64,000 nucleotides of DNA, from positions 1 through 64,000 of the forward strand of contig CAVPIB010000001.1 in the NCBI GenBank assembly GCA_963704885.1, written 5' to 3'. The notes beneath the pieces are model-generated. The model worked only from the letters and a program-made list of their open reading frames with translations. It searched no databases and was not told the origin of the DNA. The translations under genes were made by a program, and so were the position numbers. Below, piece by piece: positions 33,118 to 44,269 of the stretch. This DNA is from an uncultured Actinomycetes bacterium (GTDB taxonomy: Bacteria > Actinomycetota > UBA4738 > HRBIN12). Each line of letters starts with the position of its first letter. Positions within the stretch are counted from its first letter, which is position 1.

Positions 33118-35200
33118 AAGGGAGTCGCTGGACCCGTTGGCTGGCGCTTGGGATCTGGCTCGTCACGCTCCTCCTGTTGTTGCTCGCCGTCATCCTGTCG
33201 ATCGGCGACCCGGCGAACGAGGTGAAGGACCTGCCGTTCGCCCTCGGCTTGGGGGTCGGCATGCTGGCCTTCGGCACGATCGGCGCGGTCCTCGCGACCC
33301 AGGCACCGAGGAACCCGATCGGATGGCTCTACGGGCTCGCCGCGTTCGGCGTGGTCCTCAGCGTGAGCGCGGAGCAGTACGCGATCCGAGGGCTCGAGGA
33401 CCTGACCAACCTGCCGGCCGTTCCGTACGTCTATTGGTTGAACCAGGTCATCACCCCGATCGCGATGTCGCTCATCCCGATCGCGCTCGTTCTCTTCCCC
33501 GACGGCCACCTCCTCTCTCGGCGCTGGCGTCCGATCCTGTGGTCCCTGTTCGCCGCGGCGGTGCTGGGATCGTTCGCGTCGGCGTTCTTCGAAGACATGT
33601 TTCAGGTCGGCGAGTCCGCGTACGTGAGGAACCCGTTCAGCATCGGATCCGGAGCTGGCGATCGTCTCTGGCCACTGCTGATCGGCCTGCTGCTGGTGGG
33701 GATCGTGGGATCGCTCTCGTCGGTGATGATCCGATACCGCAGGTCCGAGGCAGAGCAGCGCCAGCAGCTCCGTTGGCTGGCCGCCGCCGTGCTGGTCATC
33801 GGCGTCGCGGGTGTCGTTGCGCTCGCGATCGGCTTCCTGCCGCCAACCGATGTGACCGGGATCCTGAGCGCCGTCGCAGGCTATGTCATGTTGGCCGCCG
33901 CAACGATCGGACTCCCCGCCGCGACCGCGGTCGCGATCCTGCGGTACCACCTCTACGACCTCGACCTGGTCGTGAAGAAGACGGTCGTGTTCACGATCGT
34001 GGCGGTATTCCTCACTGGCCTCTACATAGCGGCTCTGGCGTTCGCGGCTTTGTCCGGGGTCGGGGCGATGGCGGGAGCGCTCGTCTTCGTCTTTACGTTC
34101 AACTTGGTCCGGCGACGAGCTCGGAAGGTGGCCGACCGGATCGTCTATGGCGAGCGCGCCACACCGTTCGAGGTGATGAGCGACTTCTCCGAGCGGGTGG
34201 GCGAGACGTACTCGATCGACGACGTCCTGCCCCGCATGACCGAGCTGCTGACCGGGAGCACTGGGGCGACGGAAGCCCGCGTCTGGCTGCGATCCGGCTC
34301 CCGTTTCAGCCCGGTCGCCGCGTCGCCGTCGGATGCTCCCGTCGTGGCGGACGCGGCGCTCGGGCAAGGCGACCAGCTCCCGTCCTTCGGGGACGGACTC
34401 ACCTCGTTCGCCGTAACGCATCAAGGCGAGTTGCTCGGGACGATCACGCTGCGGATGCCACCGAACGACCCGATGGACCCGGCGAAGGCACGTCTGGTAT
34501 CCGGCCTAGCCTCGCAGGCTGGGCTCGCGCTCCGAAACGTGGCGCTCGTCCAGGATCTCCGCGAGTCTCGCCGTCGCATCGTTGCGGCGCAGGACGAACG
34601 GGCGAAGACCTTGGAGCGCAATATCCACGACGGCGCTCAGCAACAGCTCGTCGCGCTCTCGGTCAAGCTCCGCCTGGCCCAGCAGCTCGTCGAGCGCGAC
34701 CCGAAGAAGGCTGGAGTCGATCCTGGGCGAGCTTCAGGGTGACGCCACGGATGCTCTGGACAACCTCCGCGATCTGGCCAGGGGTATCTACCCCCCGCTC
34801 CTGGCCGACAAGGGGCTCCCAGCCGCGCTCTCCGCGCAGGCTCGGAAATCCGACCACACCGATAGCTGTGGAGCCGGACTGGGATCGGAAGGTACGCGCC
34901 CGAGGTTGAGACGACCGTCTACTTCTGCTGCCTCGAAGCCATGCAGAACATCGCGAAGTACGCGCGAGCCTCAGCGCGCCACGATCCGGCTCGACCAGCG
35001 CGATGGCGTCCTCGTGATTCGAGGTGACGGACGACGGGGTCGGCTTCGATGTGGAGGGCACCCCCCGCGGAAGCGGCCTGCAGGGCATGGCCGACCGCCT
35101 GGACGCCGTCGGCGGCACCCTCGAGATCGCGAGCGAGCCGGGATCTGGGACCACGGTACTGGGGCACATCCCGGCGACCGCGGACCAAGGACCGACGTAG
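33114..35200 (+). CDS. Multi-TM sensor histidine kinase, paralog 3 (several frameshifts between 34710 and 35025)
   Basis: ATGA overlap with paralog 2. RNPIGWL, LFPDGH, ERNIHDGAQQQL, DDGVGFD and GSGLQGMADRL are spread over shifted frames. TAG at 35198. Confidence 0.85.
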
Positions 35201-35286
35201 GCGGCGAACGGACTCCCCAGCCCGTCCGATGTTTGGCGCCATCCGGGATGCTAGGTTGCTTCCACTTGAGCAGAGGGGGTTCCAGC

Positions 35287-38065
35287 ATGCAGCGTGCTAC
35301 CCGACGCGGACGAGATGGTCGTCGCGCGTTCGTGGCAGGAGCGACGACGGTCATGACGCTCGTCGCGGTCCTGGCTTTCACCGTTCCGGCCCGGTCGGCC
35401 GATCGTCACGTCCGGCGCCAGGCGCAGACCGCGCACAGGCACGGGACGTTCGACATCCGTTCGCGAGGCACGGCCGCCAGGCCGAGCTCACGCGCCGTCA
35501 AGGCGCGGACCGCGCTAGCACGGCGCTTAGGTTCCCAGTCGCTGATCGTCTCCGACGACGTCACCGGCACGCTCCGGATGGTGGGCCGTCTCGACGGTTA
35601 CCTGACGGGACCCAGTTCGCGACGTGCGAGTGACGTGGCGATGGGATTCGTCCGTTCGAACCTGCGCGCGTTCGGGCTCTCCGAAGCCGACCTCCGAACC
35701 TTCCACCTCCGGCAGGACTACGTGGACATCGCCGGGACCCATCACATCTCGTGGACCCAGTCCTGGCGCGGGATCAAGGTCTTCCACAACGGACTCCGCG
35801 CAGCCGTAACCAAGCACGGACGTTTGGTCAACGTGACCGGCTCGCCGGTCCACGGACTGCGGGCCTCCACCATCCGACCCCAGGTCTCCTCGGCTGCGGC
35901 GATCGCCGCCGCACGGGCAGACGGCGGTGCTCGGGTGCGCGCGGCGCAGAAGGGTGACTCGGCCGCGCTCACGCTGTTCCCGACCGGACGCGGCGCGCGC
36001 CTGGCGTGGCGCACCCTAACTTGGCCCAACACGCAGAGGCTGAACCTGTCGGTAGTGGACGCCCTGAGCGGCGAGGTCCTTTACCGCCAGAGCCTCACGA
36101 GCGATGCCACCGGCACCGCTACCGCCTGGGAGTTCTACCCGAGCACGCTGGCCCCGGGCGGCGACGTGGCCAACCCGGTCTCGTTCCCCGTGGATGATGG
36201 CACCCGTCTCTTCGGCGACAACGCATGGGTGTTCGCCGATGTGAACGACAACAACGAGCCCGACTCCGGCGAGGAGATCGCGGCGATCTCGGGTACCGAC
36301 TGGTCGATCCCGGCCGTTCTGGACTCCACCACCGCGTCGCAGAACTGCTCGACCGCCCGTCCCTGCACCTGGAGCTCCAGTACACCGTTCAGCTGGCAGA
36401 CCAACATGGCGCAGAACGCGGCGCAGGTCATGTACTTCCTCAACCGGTTCCACGACCACCTGGAGAGCTCGCCATACGGTTTCACGGCGGCGGCCGGCAA
36501 CTTCGAGCTGGCGGACGGTGACCCCGTGGTCGCCAACACCGATGACGGAGCCAACACCGACGGCGGGCTCCCGGACGACTTCCACGTCAACAACGCCAAC
36601 ATGAGCACGCCGCCGGACGGCTTCTACCCGACCATGCAGATGTACCTGTTCGCGGCCGAGAGCGGGTTCCCACTGCCGAGCGTGAACGGAGGCGACGACG
36701 CCGAGGTCGTCTACCACGAGTACACCCACGGCGTGTCCAACCGCCTGGTGCTGTTCCCCGACGGCAACTCGGGCCTGACGACCCAGCAGGCGAACTCGAT
36801 GGGAGAGGGTTGGAGCGACTGGTACGCCGAGGACTTCTTGAACAACCTGGGGATCAAGCCGGACACGGCAACGATCGGTGACGTGATCATGGGTCAGATC
36901 ACGTTCGCGGGTCTCTTGCGGTCACAACCCGTCGACTGTCCGGTCAGCGGTGCCCCGCCCAGCACGTGCCCGGGCGGGGCCAGCACCGGTTCCGGGGGCT
37001 ACACCTACGGCGACTTCGGCGGGGTCGCCGGGTTCCCCGAGGTCCACGCCGACGGCGAGATCTGGCTGGAGACCCTCTGGCAGATCCGGCAGACGCTCGG
37101 GGCCTCCACCACGGAGAGCCTGGTCACGAGGGGCATGGAACTTTCGCCGCCCGGGCCGTCCATGCTGGATATGCGCAACGCGATCCTGCAGGCGGACCTG
37201 GTGAACAACGCAGGAACGAACCAGACCGCGCTCTGGACCGTCTTCGCCGACCGCGGCATGGGGTTCTTCGCGTCCAGCACGAGCGACGGTATCGCCCCGA
37301 TCGAGGACTTCTCCACCCCGGTCGATTGCGGCAGCTCGCCTTGCGGGACGATCAGCGGCAAGATCACCGACAAGTCCTCGGGCAAGGGTCTGTCCGGCGT
37401 GGCCGTTGGCGTCGCGGGTCTGAACTCGGGCTTCGGGTGGGACCTGGCCGCCACGACCGGCTCCAACGGGAGCTTCACGATAGCCGACGTGCCGTTCCAC
37501 ACGTACCCGCTCCTGCAGGTGACCCGGAAGGCATACGAGTCGATCAACCTGAAGAACGTCGTCGTGGACGGCGACGAGACCGTGAACGGCAAGCTGGTCC
37601 GGGACTGGGCCGCGCTCGAGGGCGGGGCCAAGCTCAAGAAGTTCAGCCCACCCGACTACACCGACTTACGGATGTGGTCCCGGGAGTGCCTTCGATCTGT
37701 CGCTCGGCGCCGGCTGGGGATCCGACGCGGTCGGCAGCGACGTCGGCAGCAACTACACGGGTCCTCGCAAGGTGACGGTGAAGCTTGCCAAGGTCATCCG
37801 CGTCACGAGCTTCGCCGTGGCGTCGAACGGCACGTGCGGTGACGGTCCCGAAGCCGGCGTCAAGAAGTTCCGGATCGAGACCAAGGGCAAGCGCGGCGGC
37901 TGGGTGACCGCGCTCACTGGCAAGGTAGACAACAACGCCAAGTTCAAGGTCTTCAAGCCGAAGGCAGGGACGAAGAACGTGCTCTTCGTGCGGTTCACCA
38001 TGTTGTCGAACCACGGCGATCCGCTGTTCATGGACATGCTGGAGCTGTCGGTCAGAGGCAAGTAG
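35287..38065 (+). CDS. Secreted M36 (fungalysin-like) metallopeptidase with propeptide and C-terminal beta domains (frameshift near 37666)
   Basis: Signal peptide with RRAFV (Tat-like). NNANMSTPPDG, HEYTH, MGEGWSD, EVHADGEIW. Confidence 0.88.
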
Positions 38066-38113
38066 TCTGACGCGGACTAGTCCAGAGGAAGCCTGCTCGA
38101 CCGGTGCCGCCGT

Positions 38114-38503
38114 TCAGGCGGCGCCGGTCGCGTCGGCCCAGGCCGACTCCAGCCGGTCTGGGCCGAAGACAGCCTTGGGGATGTAGGCGGCGGCGCCGCA
38201 TTCGGCGGCACGCGGCGCGTACTCCTCCTCCTCGTACGTCGACAGCAACAGGACCACTACTGCGTCCGAGTCCGAGAGGATCTGCCTGGTGGCGTCCAGC
38301 CCGTTGATGCCCGGTAGGTTCACGTCCATCAGCACGAGGTCCGGGCGGAGGGCGGCAGCCATGGTCACGGAGTCCTCGCCGCTTTCGGCCTCGCCCACGA
38401 CCTCGAAGCCGTCCGTGGCATCGACCACCATGCGGGCGGCCATCCGGAACGGCGCCTGATCATCGACGATCAACACTCGAACGCTCATGGGCTGCTCCTC
38501 CAT
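38114..38503 (-). CDS. Stand-alone response regulator receiver domain
   Basis: VLIVDD, VLMDVNLP, LST, YIPK. No output domain. Confidence 0.9.
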   Translation of the reverse strand: MEEQPMSVRVLIVDDQAPFRMAARMVVDATDGFEVVGEAESGEDSVTMAAALRPDLVLMDVNLPGINGLDATRQILSDSDAVVVLLLSTYEEEEYAPRAAECGAAAYIPKAVFGPDRLESAWADATGAA

Positions 38504-38536
38504 CAACAAGCGTCCCACCGGTCATGCACCGATGCC

Positions 38537-38554
38537 AGTGGTGCCAGCACCACT
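38537..38554. promoter_or_regulatory. Perfect inverted repeat AGTGGTGC-CA-GCACCACT, candidate response regulator operator
   Basis: 8-bp arms with a 2-bp spacer, about 35-50 nt upstream of the receiver gene. Confidence 0.65.
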
Positions 38555-38571
38555 CTTGGCGTGGGCCGCGG

Positions 38572-39685
38572 CTACGCCGCGAGCTCACCCAGACGGAGGA
38601 ACGCACGTTCCAGCACCAGCCGGACATTCAGGTTGAGATCCTCCGCCAGCTCGGCGCGGGCCTCTTCGATCCCTGCCAGGCCACGCGCGGAGCGGACCAC
38701 GCTCAAGCGGCCGTCCGGGACCACGTCGGGGTTCATCATCAGATCCGCATCCCCGCCGACCGCCGCGGCGATCCGATCGCGCAGGAGCGAGGAAACACCC
38801 AGTAGCACCCAGTCCACGTAGTCGCGTTCGGCCCGGCGTTCGCGGCGCTGGAAACGGATCTCGATCCGTTTGATCGCACCGCGGTACGCGTCCTCGGGCC
38901 GCCCCTTCTCATCCAGGAACGGGCCGAGCTCGGCCTCCAGCTCGGCCTTCAGCCCCTTGCGGTACTCGGCGGCGGCGGCGAGCACGACATCGGCGGCTCC
39001 CAGCGCCCCCACGGGGCCTTCGGCCGCGAGCTCAACGGCACGGTCCGCCGCCTCGCGGAAGCGCAGGCCGTCGGGGGCTGTGGCCAGCCGGCGGGCCCGG
39101 CCCAGGTTCCCACCCGACAGTCGCGCGGCAAGACGTGCACGCGTCGAGATCGACCCCCTCGTCGATGAGCACGTCCACCACGAAGCTCTCCGACAGGGCC
39201 GTGAACGTGACGACGTGACAGCGGGAGAGGACGGTGTCGGGCAGTTCGTGCGCGCGCGCGGACATCAGCAGCAGGACGGCGTCGGCGGGCGGCTCCTCCA
39301 GGACCTTGAGCAGCGTGTCGGCCGCCGCCGGCGAGAGCCGATCCGCCTCGCGGATCACGAACACCTTGCGGCCAGGCTCGGGCGCCGTTCGGAACGCGGG
39401 CGTCCAGACCTCCTCTCGCACGGTGTCCACGTGGATGTCGCGACCCTCGGGCTCCACCAGGAACTCGTTCGGGTGGTGGTCCTCGAGCGCCAGTCGACAT
39501 GCGCGGCATGCGCCGCAACCGCCCTGCGAACAAAGGAGCGCGGCGGTGAACGCGCGCGCGGCGATGGACTTGCCCGATCCCTCGGGGCCGGCGAAGACGT
39601 ACGCGTGATGGGGGCGTTCAGCAGCTCCGGACAGGAACGCCATAGCGGCGTCCTGTCCCGGGACCCGATCGAGGACCGCGCTCAT
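38572..39685 (-). CDS. holB: DNA polymerase III subunit delta' (one frameshift near 39145)
   Basis: HAYVFAGPEGSGK, CGACRAC, LLKVLEEPP, SRC, then LSGGNLGRARRL in the shifted frame. Confidence 0.92.
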
Positions 39686-39694
39686 GCCGGGATG

Positions 39695-41746
39695 CTAACC
39701 GGGTGGACCGACGGGGTCGGCGGATCCGGATCCGGGCGGTGGCGCGACGCCGCCGTTGTCGTCGCGATCTCTGAGCACACGGTGCAGCGCGTCCTTCACA
39801 CCCTCGAACACCTCTGCGGGCGGGTGGTCGGCGTCGACCACGACGAACCGCTCCGGGTGCTCCTCGGCGATCTTCAGGTACGCGTCGGACACCTTGGCGT
39901 GGAAGTCCTGGCCTTCCAGCTCCATGCGGTCGGGGCTCTCGGTCGATCGGAGCAGCCCTAGTTCGGGCTCCAGGTGCAGCAGGATCACAAGGTCCGGGAA
40001 GAGTCCCTGCGTGGCCCAGACGTTCAACGTCAACACATCCTGTTCGCCGAGGCCACGCCCCCAGCCCTGGTAGGCGAGCGACGAATCGACGTAGCGATCG
40101 CAGATCACGATCTTGCCGTCGGCCAGCGCCGGACGGATAACCGAGGTCACCGTTTGCGCGCGCGAGGCGGCGAACAGCAGCGCCTCGGCCCGGGCATCCA
40201 GCGTGCCCGTGCTCGGATCCAGCAGGACCTCGCGGACGCGTTCACCCAGCTCGGTCCCACCGGGCTCTCGCGTGACGAGCACATCCAACCCGAGGGAACG
40301 CAGGTGCTCCTCGGCCAGGCGGATCTGCGTTCCCTTTCCTGCACCTTCCACGCCCTCGAAGGCGATGAACAACCCCGTCGCGGGCGGGCGCTTCAGCTTC
40401 GGCACGAGCGTGAGGGGTTGGGGGCGGGAGAGGCGATACCTGCGCAGGAGCCGGCGCGTGTTGAGACCGGCCGCGAGCACCAGGAGCCCAGCGGTCCACA
40501 GCGCCACCCGCGTTCCGGAGAGCACGAACCCTTCGTCGCCGGGATGGATAGCTTTGTCATAGACGGACGACAGGATAGGGAAGATGGTGAGGGACAAGAA
40601 GAGCCCGAGCCGAGACATCACGGTGAGCGAGGCGAACGTCCGACCTCGGTACTCATCCTCGACGTTCTCCTGCAGGAGCGTGTAGCCGCTCACCCACGCC
40701 AGTCCACAGAACAGCCCGAGCCACACGGTCACCACGGACGCGAGCGAGAACGTGGGCATGGCGGCGAGCACGAAGAGCGCCACCGCCGCCGAGAGCAGCG
40801 ACCGGGTGAACACCAGGTCGCGCTCGACGAACTTCGTGACCTGGTTGGAGCCGGCCATACCGATCGCCATCCCTATCCCGAACGCGACGACCATGACGCC
40901 CCATCCCTCGGCGCTCGCGTGCAGCGTCGTGTTCACGAAGATGGGTCCGAGCGCCAGCACCGCTCCAACCGCCCCGAACGCGATCACGATGCCCGCGGTC
41001 ATGGCCGAGGCGATGGAGTCCTCGCGGAGGAAGCGGAGCCCGTCCAGGACGTCGCGCCAGATGCGGGACAGGTCGAAGCGCTCGAGCCCTCGCGAGGCGG
41101 GTGCCCTGAGCGGCACACCGCTCACCATGATGGCCGAGAACGCGAACGTGCACGCGTCCAGCAGGAGCGCCAGCGTTTCGGGCCGCGCGAGGCCGATCGC
41201 CGAGCTGATCAGGGCCAGCACGGCGAAGACGGCACCCCCGAGCGGGAGCGTCGCGTACGTGCTGACCAGCCCGATCGAGTTGGCGTTCGCGAGCTGTCGC
41301 CGCGGCACCAGGTTGGGAAGCGACGCGTCGCGGGCGGGCGTCCACAGGAGCGAGAAGCACTCGATCACGAACGACAGCAGGAGGATGATCCCGAGGCTGT
41401 GGACGAACGCCATCGTGCCGTACAGCGCCCCGCGCACGACGTCGGCCGCGATCATGATCTGCTTGCGGTCGAACCGGTCGACGAGCGCGCCGGCGAACGG
41501 GCCGAACAGGATCGCCGGCAGCATCCTCGCGGTCATCACGCCTCCGACGGCGAGGCCGGCGGTGGCGGCGGTCCCGGACAAGGTCGCGGCCAGCGAGGTC
41601 ACGGCCACGAAGCCGACCCAGTCGCCGAGCGACGACACGGTCATCGCCGCGAGCAGCCGGGTGAACCCCGGGTTGGTCAACAGGTCCTTGAGGGTGGCTG
41701 AACGGGTTCCGCGGAGCGCCGCGACCTCTTCGGCGATGCTCGCCAC
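39695..41746 (-). CDS. tmk: MFS transporter-thymidylate kinase fusion
   Basis: 12-TM MFS domain, then FEGVEGAGKGTQ, TREPGG and DRYVDSSLAYQG. This fusion is known in actinobacteria. Confidence 0.93.
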   Translation of the reverse strand: MASIAEEVAALRGTRSATLKDLLTNPGFTRLLAAMTVSSLGDWVGFVAVTSLAATLSGTAATAGLAVGGVMTARMLPAILFGPFAGALVDRFDRKQIMIAADVVRGALYGTMAFVHSLGIILLLSFVIECFSLLWTPARDASLPNLVPRRQLANANSIGLVSTYATLPLGGAVFAVLALISSAIGLARPETLALLLDACTFAFSAIMVSGVPLRAPASRGLERFDLSRIWRDVLDGLRFLREDSIASAMTAGIVIAFGAVGAVLALGPIFVNTTLHASAEGWGVMVVAFGIGMAIGMAGSNQVTKFVERDLVFTRSLLSAAVALFVLAAMPTFSLASVVTVWLGLFCGLAWVSGYTLLQENVEDEYRGRTFASLTVMSRLGLFLSLTIFPILSSVYDKAIHPGDEGFVLSGTRVALWTAGLLVLAAGLNTRRLLRRYRLSRPQPLTLVPKLKRPPATGLFIAFEGVEGAGKGTQIRLAEEHLRSLGLDVLVTREPGGTELGERVREVLLDPSTGTLDARAEALLFAASRAQTVTSVIRPALADGKIVICDRYVDSSLAYQGWGRGLGEQDVLTLNVWATQGLFPDLVILLHLEPELGLLRSTESPDRMELEGQDFHAKVSDAYLKIAEEHPERFVVVDADHPPAEVFEGVKDALHRVLRDRDDNGGVAPPPGSGSADPVGPPG

Positions 41747-41752
41747 GGAGCT

Positions 41753-44269
41753 CTAGACCTCCGGCGAGGCCTCGGCCACGGCCGATGTCGCCGCGGCGGC
41801 CGGTGTTACCGCGGCCGGTGCCTTGGTGGCCGGCTTGCGAGCACCGCTCTTCTTCGCGGTCGACTTCTTGCGCGCCGTGGGCTTCTTGCGCGCCGCCGGC
41901 TTCTTCTTGGCTTTGGCAGCGGCCCTCGCCTCTCGGGCCTTCGCCTTGGCCGCGCGGACGGCGGCCTCGGCCTCGACGTCACCCGTCTTGGTGACCTTGA
42001 ACTCCAGATCCATCTCCGCGCCGCAGTTCCAGCACTTCACGCTCTTGGGTCGCTGCAGCAGGAGCGACCCGCACTCCGGACACGGATGGTCGGGGATGGG
42101 TGGGTTGCTCACCGCGAGCGTGCACTCGGGATACCGATCGCAGCTGTAGAACGGCGCCCCGAACCGATTCTTGCGCTCGACCAGCTCGCCCTTGGCGCAT
42201 TCGGGACACGTGACGCCGGTCGTCTTGGGCGGCTCCTTCTTGATGAATCGGCACTCGGGGTAGCCGCTGCATCCCACGAATGGACCGTAGCGGCCCACGC
42301 GCTCCTGGAGCTGGCGCCCGCATTCCGGGCAGGTCTCGTCCAGCAGCACCGGCTCAGGGCGGACCGAGCCGTCCATGTTGCGGATGTAACGGCACTCCGG
42401 GTAGTTGGTGCACCCGACGAACTTGCCGAACCGACCGAGCTTCACCTGGAGCTGGCCCGGTTCGCGTCCCTCGGTCGGACAGACCGGGCAGGTCTCGTCC
42501 AGCTCCTCCTCGTAACGCTCGAACGAGTGCTCCGCCTTCTCGAGCGCCCGCTCGAACGGTCCGTTGAACTCGTGCAGGACCTGGGTCCAGCCGATCTGCC
42601 CTTCGGCGATGTTGTCGAGCTCCTCCTCCAGGTGAGCGGTGAAGTTCACATCCACCACGTCGGGGAAGTGCTCGATCAGCTTGTCGGTGACGACCGAGCC
42701 CACGTCCTCGGGATAGAAGCGCTTCTCCTCCAGGCGGACGTAACCGCGGTCCTGGATGGTGGAGATGATCGACGCGTAGGTGGATGGCCGGCCGATCCCC
42801 AGCTCCTCCAAGGTCTTCACCAATGAGGCCTCGGAGTAGCGAGGAGGTGGCTGCGTGAAGTGCTGCTCGGGCAGGACCTCGAGCATCCGCAGCAGCTGCT
42901 CGGCCGTGAGCGCCGGGAGCATGGATTCCGCGTCCTCGTCGGGACCTTCGTCGCGCCCCTCCTTATAGATGCGGATGAACCCGTCGAACACGAGCGTCTG
43001 CCCGGTCGCACGCAGGCCGTATCGCACCTCTCCGTCGCGCGCCTCGACGTCCACGCCGACCTGGTTGAACCGGGCCTCCGCCATCTGAGTGGCGACGGTG
43101 CGCCGCCAGATCAGCCGATACAGACGGAGCTGATCGTGCTCCAGCACGGAAGACATCAGGTCGGGCGTCCGCAGCACGGAGGTGGGGCGGACCGCCTCGT
43201 GCGCCTCCTGAGCGTTGCGCGACCGGGTCTTGTACCGGCGGGGCTCCGCCAGGCCGTACTCCCGGCCGAAATCGGTCGTCACCAGCTCGGCGATCTCGCG
43301 AAGCGCGGTGTCGGCGATGTTCACCGAGTCGGTCCGCATGTACGTGATGAGCCCGACCGAACCTTCGCCGGGAAGACTGATGCCCTCGTACAGCCGCTGC
43401 GCAAGGGTCATGGTCTTGCGCGCCCCGAACCCCAGCTTGCGAGCTGCTTCCTGCTGCAACGTGGAGGTCGTGAAGGGCGGCGCCGGCGAGCGCTTGCGCT
43501 CCTTCTGCTCGACCTTGGCCACGCGGTACGCGGCGCGGTTCAGTCGTTCCACGTGCTGCACGGCGTCCGCTTCCGCGCTGAGATGCACGCCCTTCTTGTC
43601 GGGCGAGGCAGCCACCTTGCCCTCCGGGACCTCGATCAGGCGAGCCACGAACGGCTGCTCCGGGCCATCGTCGGGCGTCAGCCGGACATCCACGCTCCAG
43701 TACTCGATCGGATCGAACGCCGCGATCTCTCGCTCACGTTCGACGATCAAACGGACCGCGACCGATTGCACCCGGCCGGCCGACAGGCCCGGACGGACCC
43801 GTCGCCAGAGCAGCGGAGAGATCCGGTAGCCGACCAATCTGTCCAGCACGCGCCGAGCCTGCTGCGCATCCACCAGCTTCATGTCGATCTCGCGCGGGCG
43901 GCCGAACGCCTCCAAGATGGCGTCCTTGGTGATCTCGGTGAAGGTCACGCGCTTGGCGCCACCCGGCGCGACGCCCAGTAGAGCGGCCACGTGGAAGGCG
44001 ATCGCCTCGCCCTCGCGATCGTAGTCAGTGGCCAGCACCAGGTCATCGGACCTCTTGTAGACCGAGCGCAGCTCGCGGACGTGCCGCTCGGAGTCCTCGG
44101 GCACGACGTACTCGGGCTCGAAGTCGTGCTCGGGATCGACACCCAGCTTGGACTTAGGCAGATCCCGGATGTGCCCATAGGAAGCCCGGACGGTGTAGTC
44201 ACCGCCCAGGTACTTCTCGATCGTCTTCGCCTTCGCGGGCGATTCGACGACGACCAGGGTTTTCGGCAT
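41753..44269 (-). CDS. topA: DNA topoisomerase I with four C4 zinc ribbons and a Lys/Ala-rich tail
   Basis: VESPAKAK, DYDREGE, SAGRVQS, ITYMRTDS, GIGRPSTY. Confidence 0.97.
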   Translation of the reverse strand: MPKTLVVVESPAKAKTIEKYLGGDYTVRASYGHIRDLPKSKLGVDPEHDFEPEYVVPEDSERHVRELRSVYKRSDDLVLATDYDREGEAIAFHVAALLGVAPGGAKRVTFTEITKDAILEAFGRPREIDMKLVDAQQARRVLDRLVGYRISPLLWRRVRPGLSAGRVQSVAVRLIVEREREIAAFDPIEYWSVDVRLTPDDGPEQPFVARLIEVPEGKVAASPDKKGVHLSAEADAVQHVERLNRAAYRVAKVEQKERKRSPAPPFTTSTLQQEAARKLGFGARKTMTLAQRLYEGISLPGEGSVGLITYMRTDSVNIADTALREIAELVTTDFGREYGLAEPRRYKTRSRNAQEAHEAVRPTSVLRTPDLMSSVLEHDQLRLYRLIWRRTVATQMAEARFNQVGVDVEARDGEVRYGLRATGQTLVFDGFIRIYKEGRDEGPDEDAESMLPALTAEQLLRMLEVLPEQHFTQPPPRYSEASLVKTLEELGIGRPSTYASIISTIQDRGYVRLEEKRFYPEDVGSVVTDKLIEHFPDVVDVNFTAHLEEELDNIAEGQIGWTQVLHEFNGPFERALEKAEHSFERYEEELDETCPVCPTEGREPGQLQVKLGRFGKFVGCTNYPECRYIRNMDGSVRPEPVLLDETCPECGRQLQERVGRYGPFVGCSGYPECRFIKKEPPKTTGVTCPECAKGELVERKNRFGAPFYSCDRYPECTLAVSNPPIPDHPCPECGSLLLQRPKSVKCWNCGAEMDLEFKVTKTGDVEAEAAVRAAKAKAREARAAAKAKKKPAARKKPTARKKSTAKKSGARKPATKAPAAVTPAAAATSAVAEASPEV

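Noticed and set aside
30690-34742. 1350-aa tandem double histidine kinase ORF
   Set aside because: Artefact. An indel near 32676 shifts kinase 2 into the frame of kinase 3. The true HATPase domain of kinase 2 is in ORF 32686..33117, which ends in an ATGA overlap.
34582-37842. 1086-aa kinase-peptidase fusion ORF
   Set aside because: Chance read-through of frameshifted kinase sequence. The peptidase has its own signal peptide from 35287.
23589-38571. Integrative element or prophage at tRNA-Thr
   Set aside because: No integrase, no duplicated tRNA end was spotted, and the island lies on the 5' side of the tRNA.
39695-41746. MFS-thymidylate kinase fusion as a novelty
   Set aside because: Already known at the topA-tmk-holB locus of actinobacteria such as Streptomyces.
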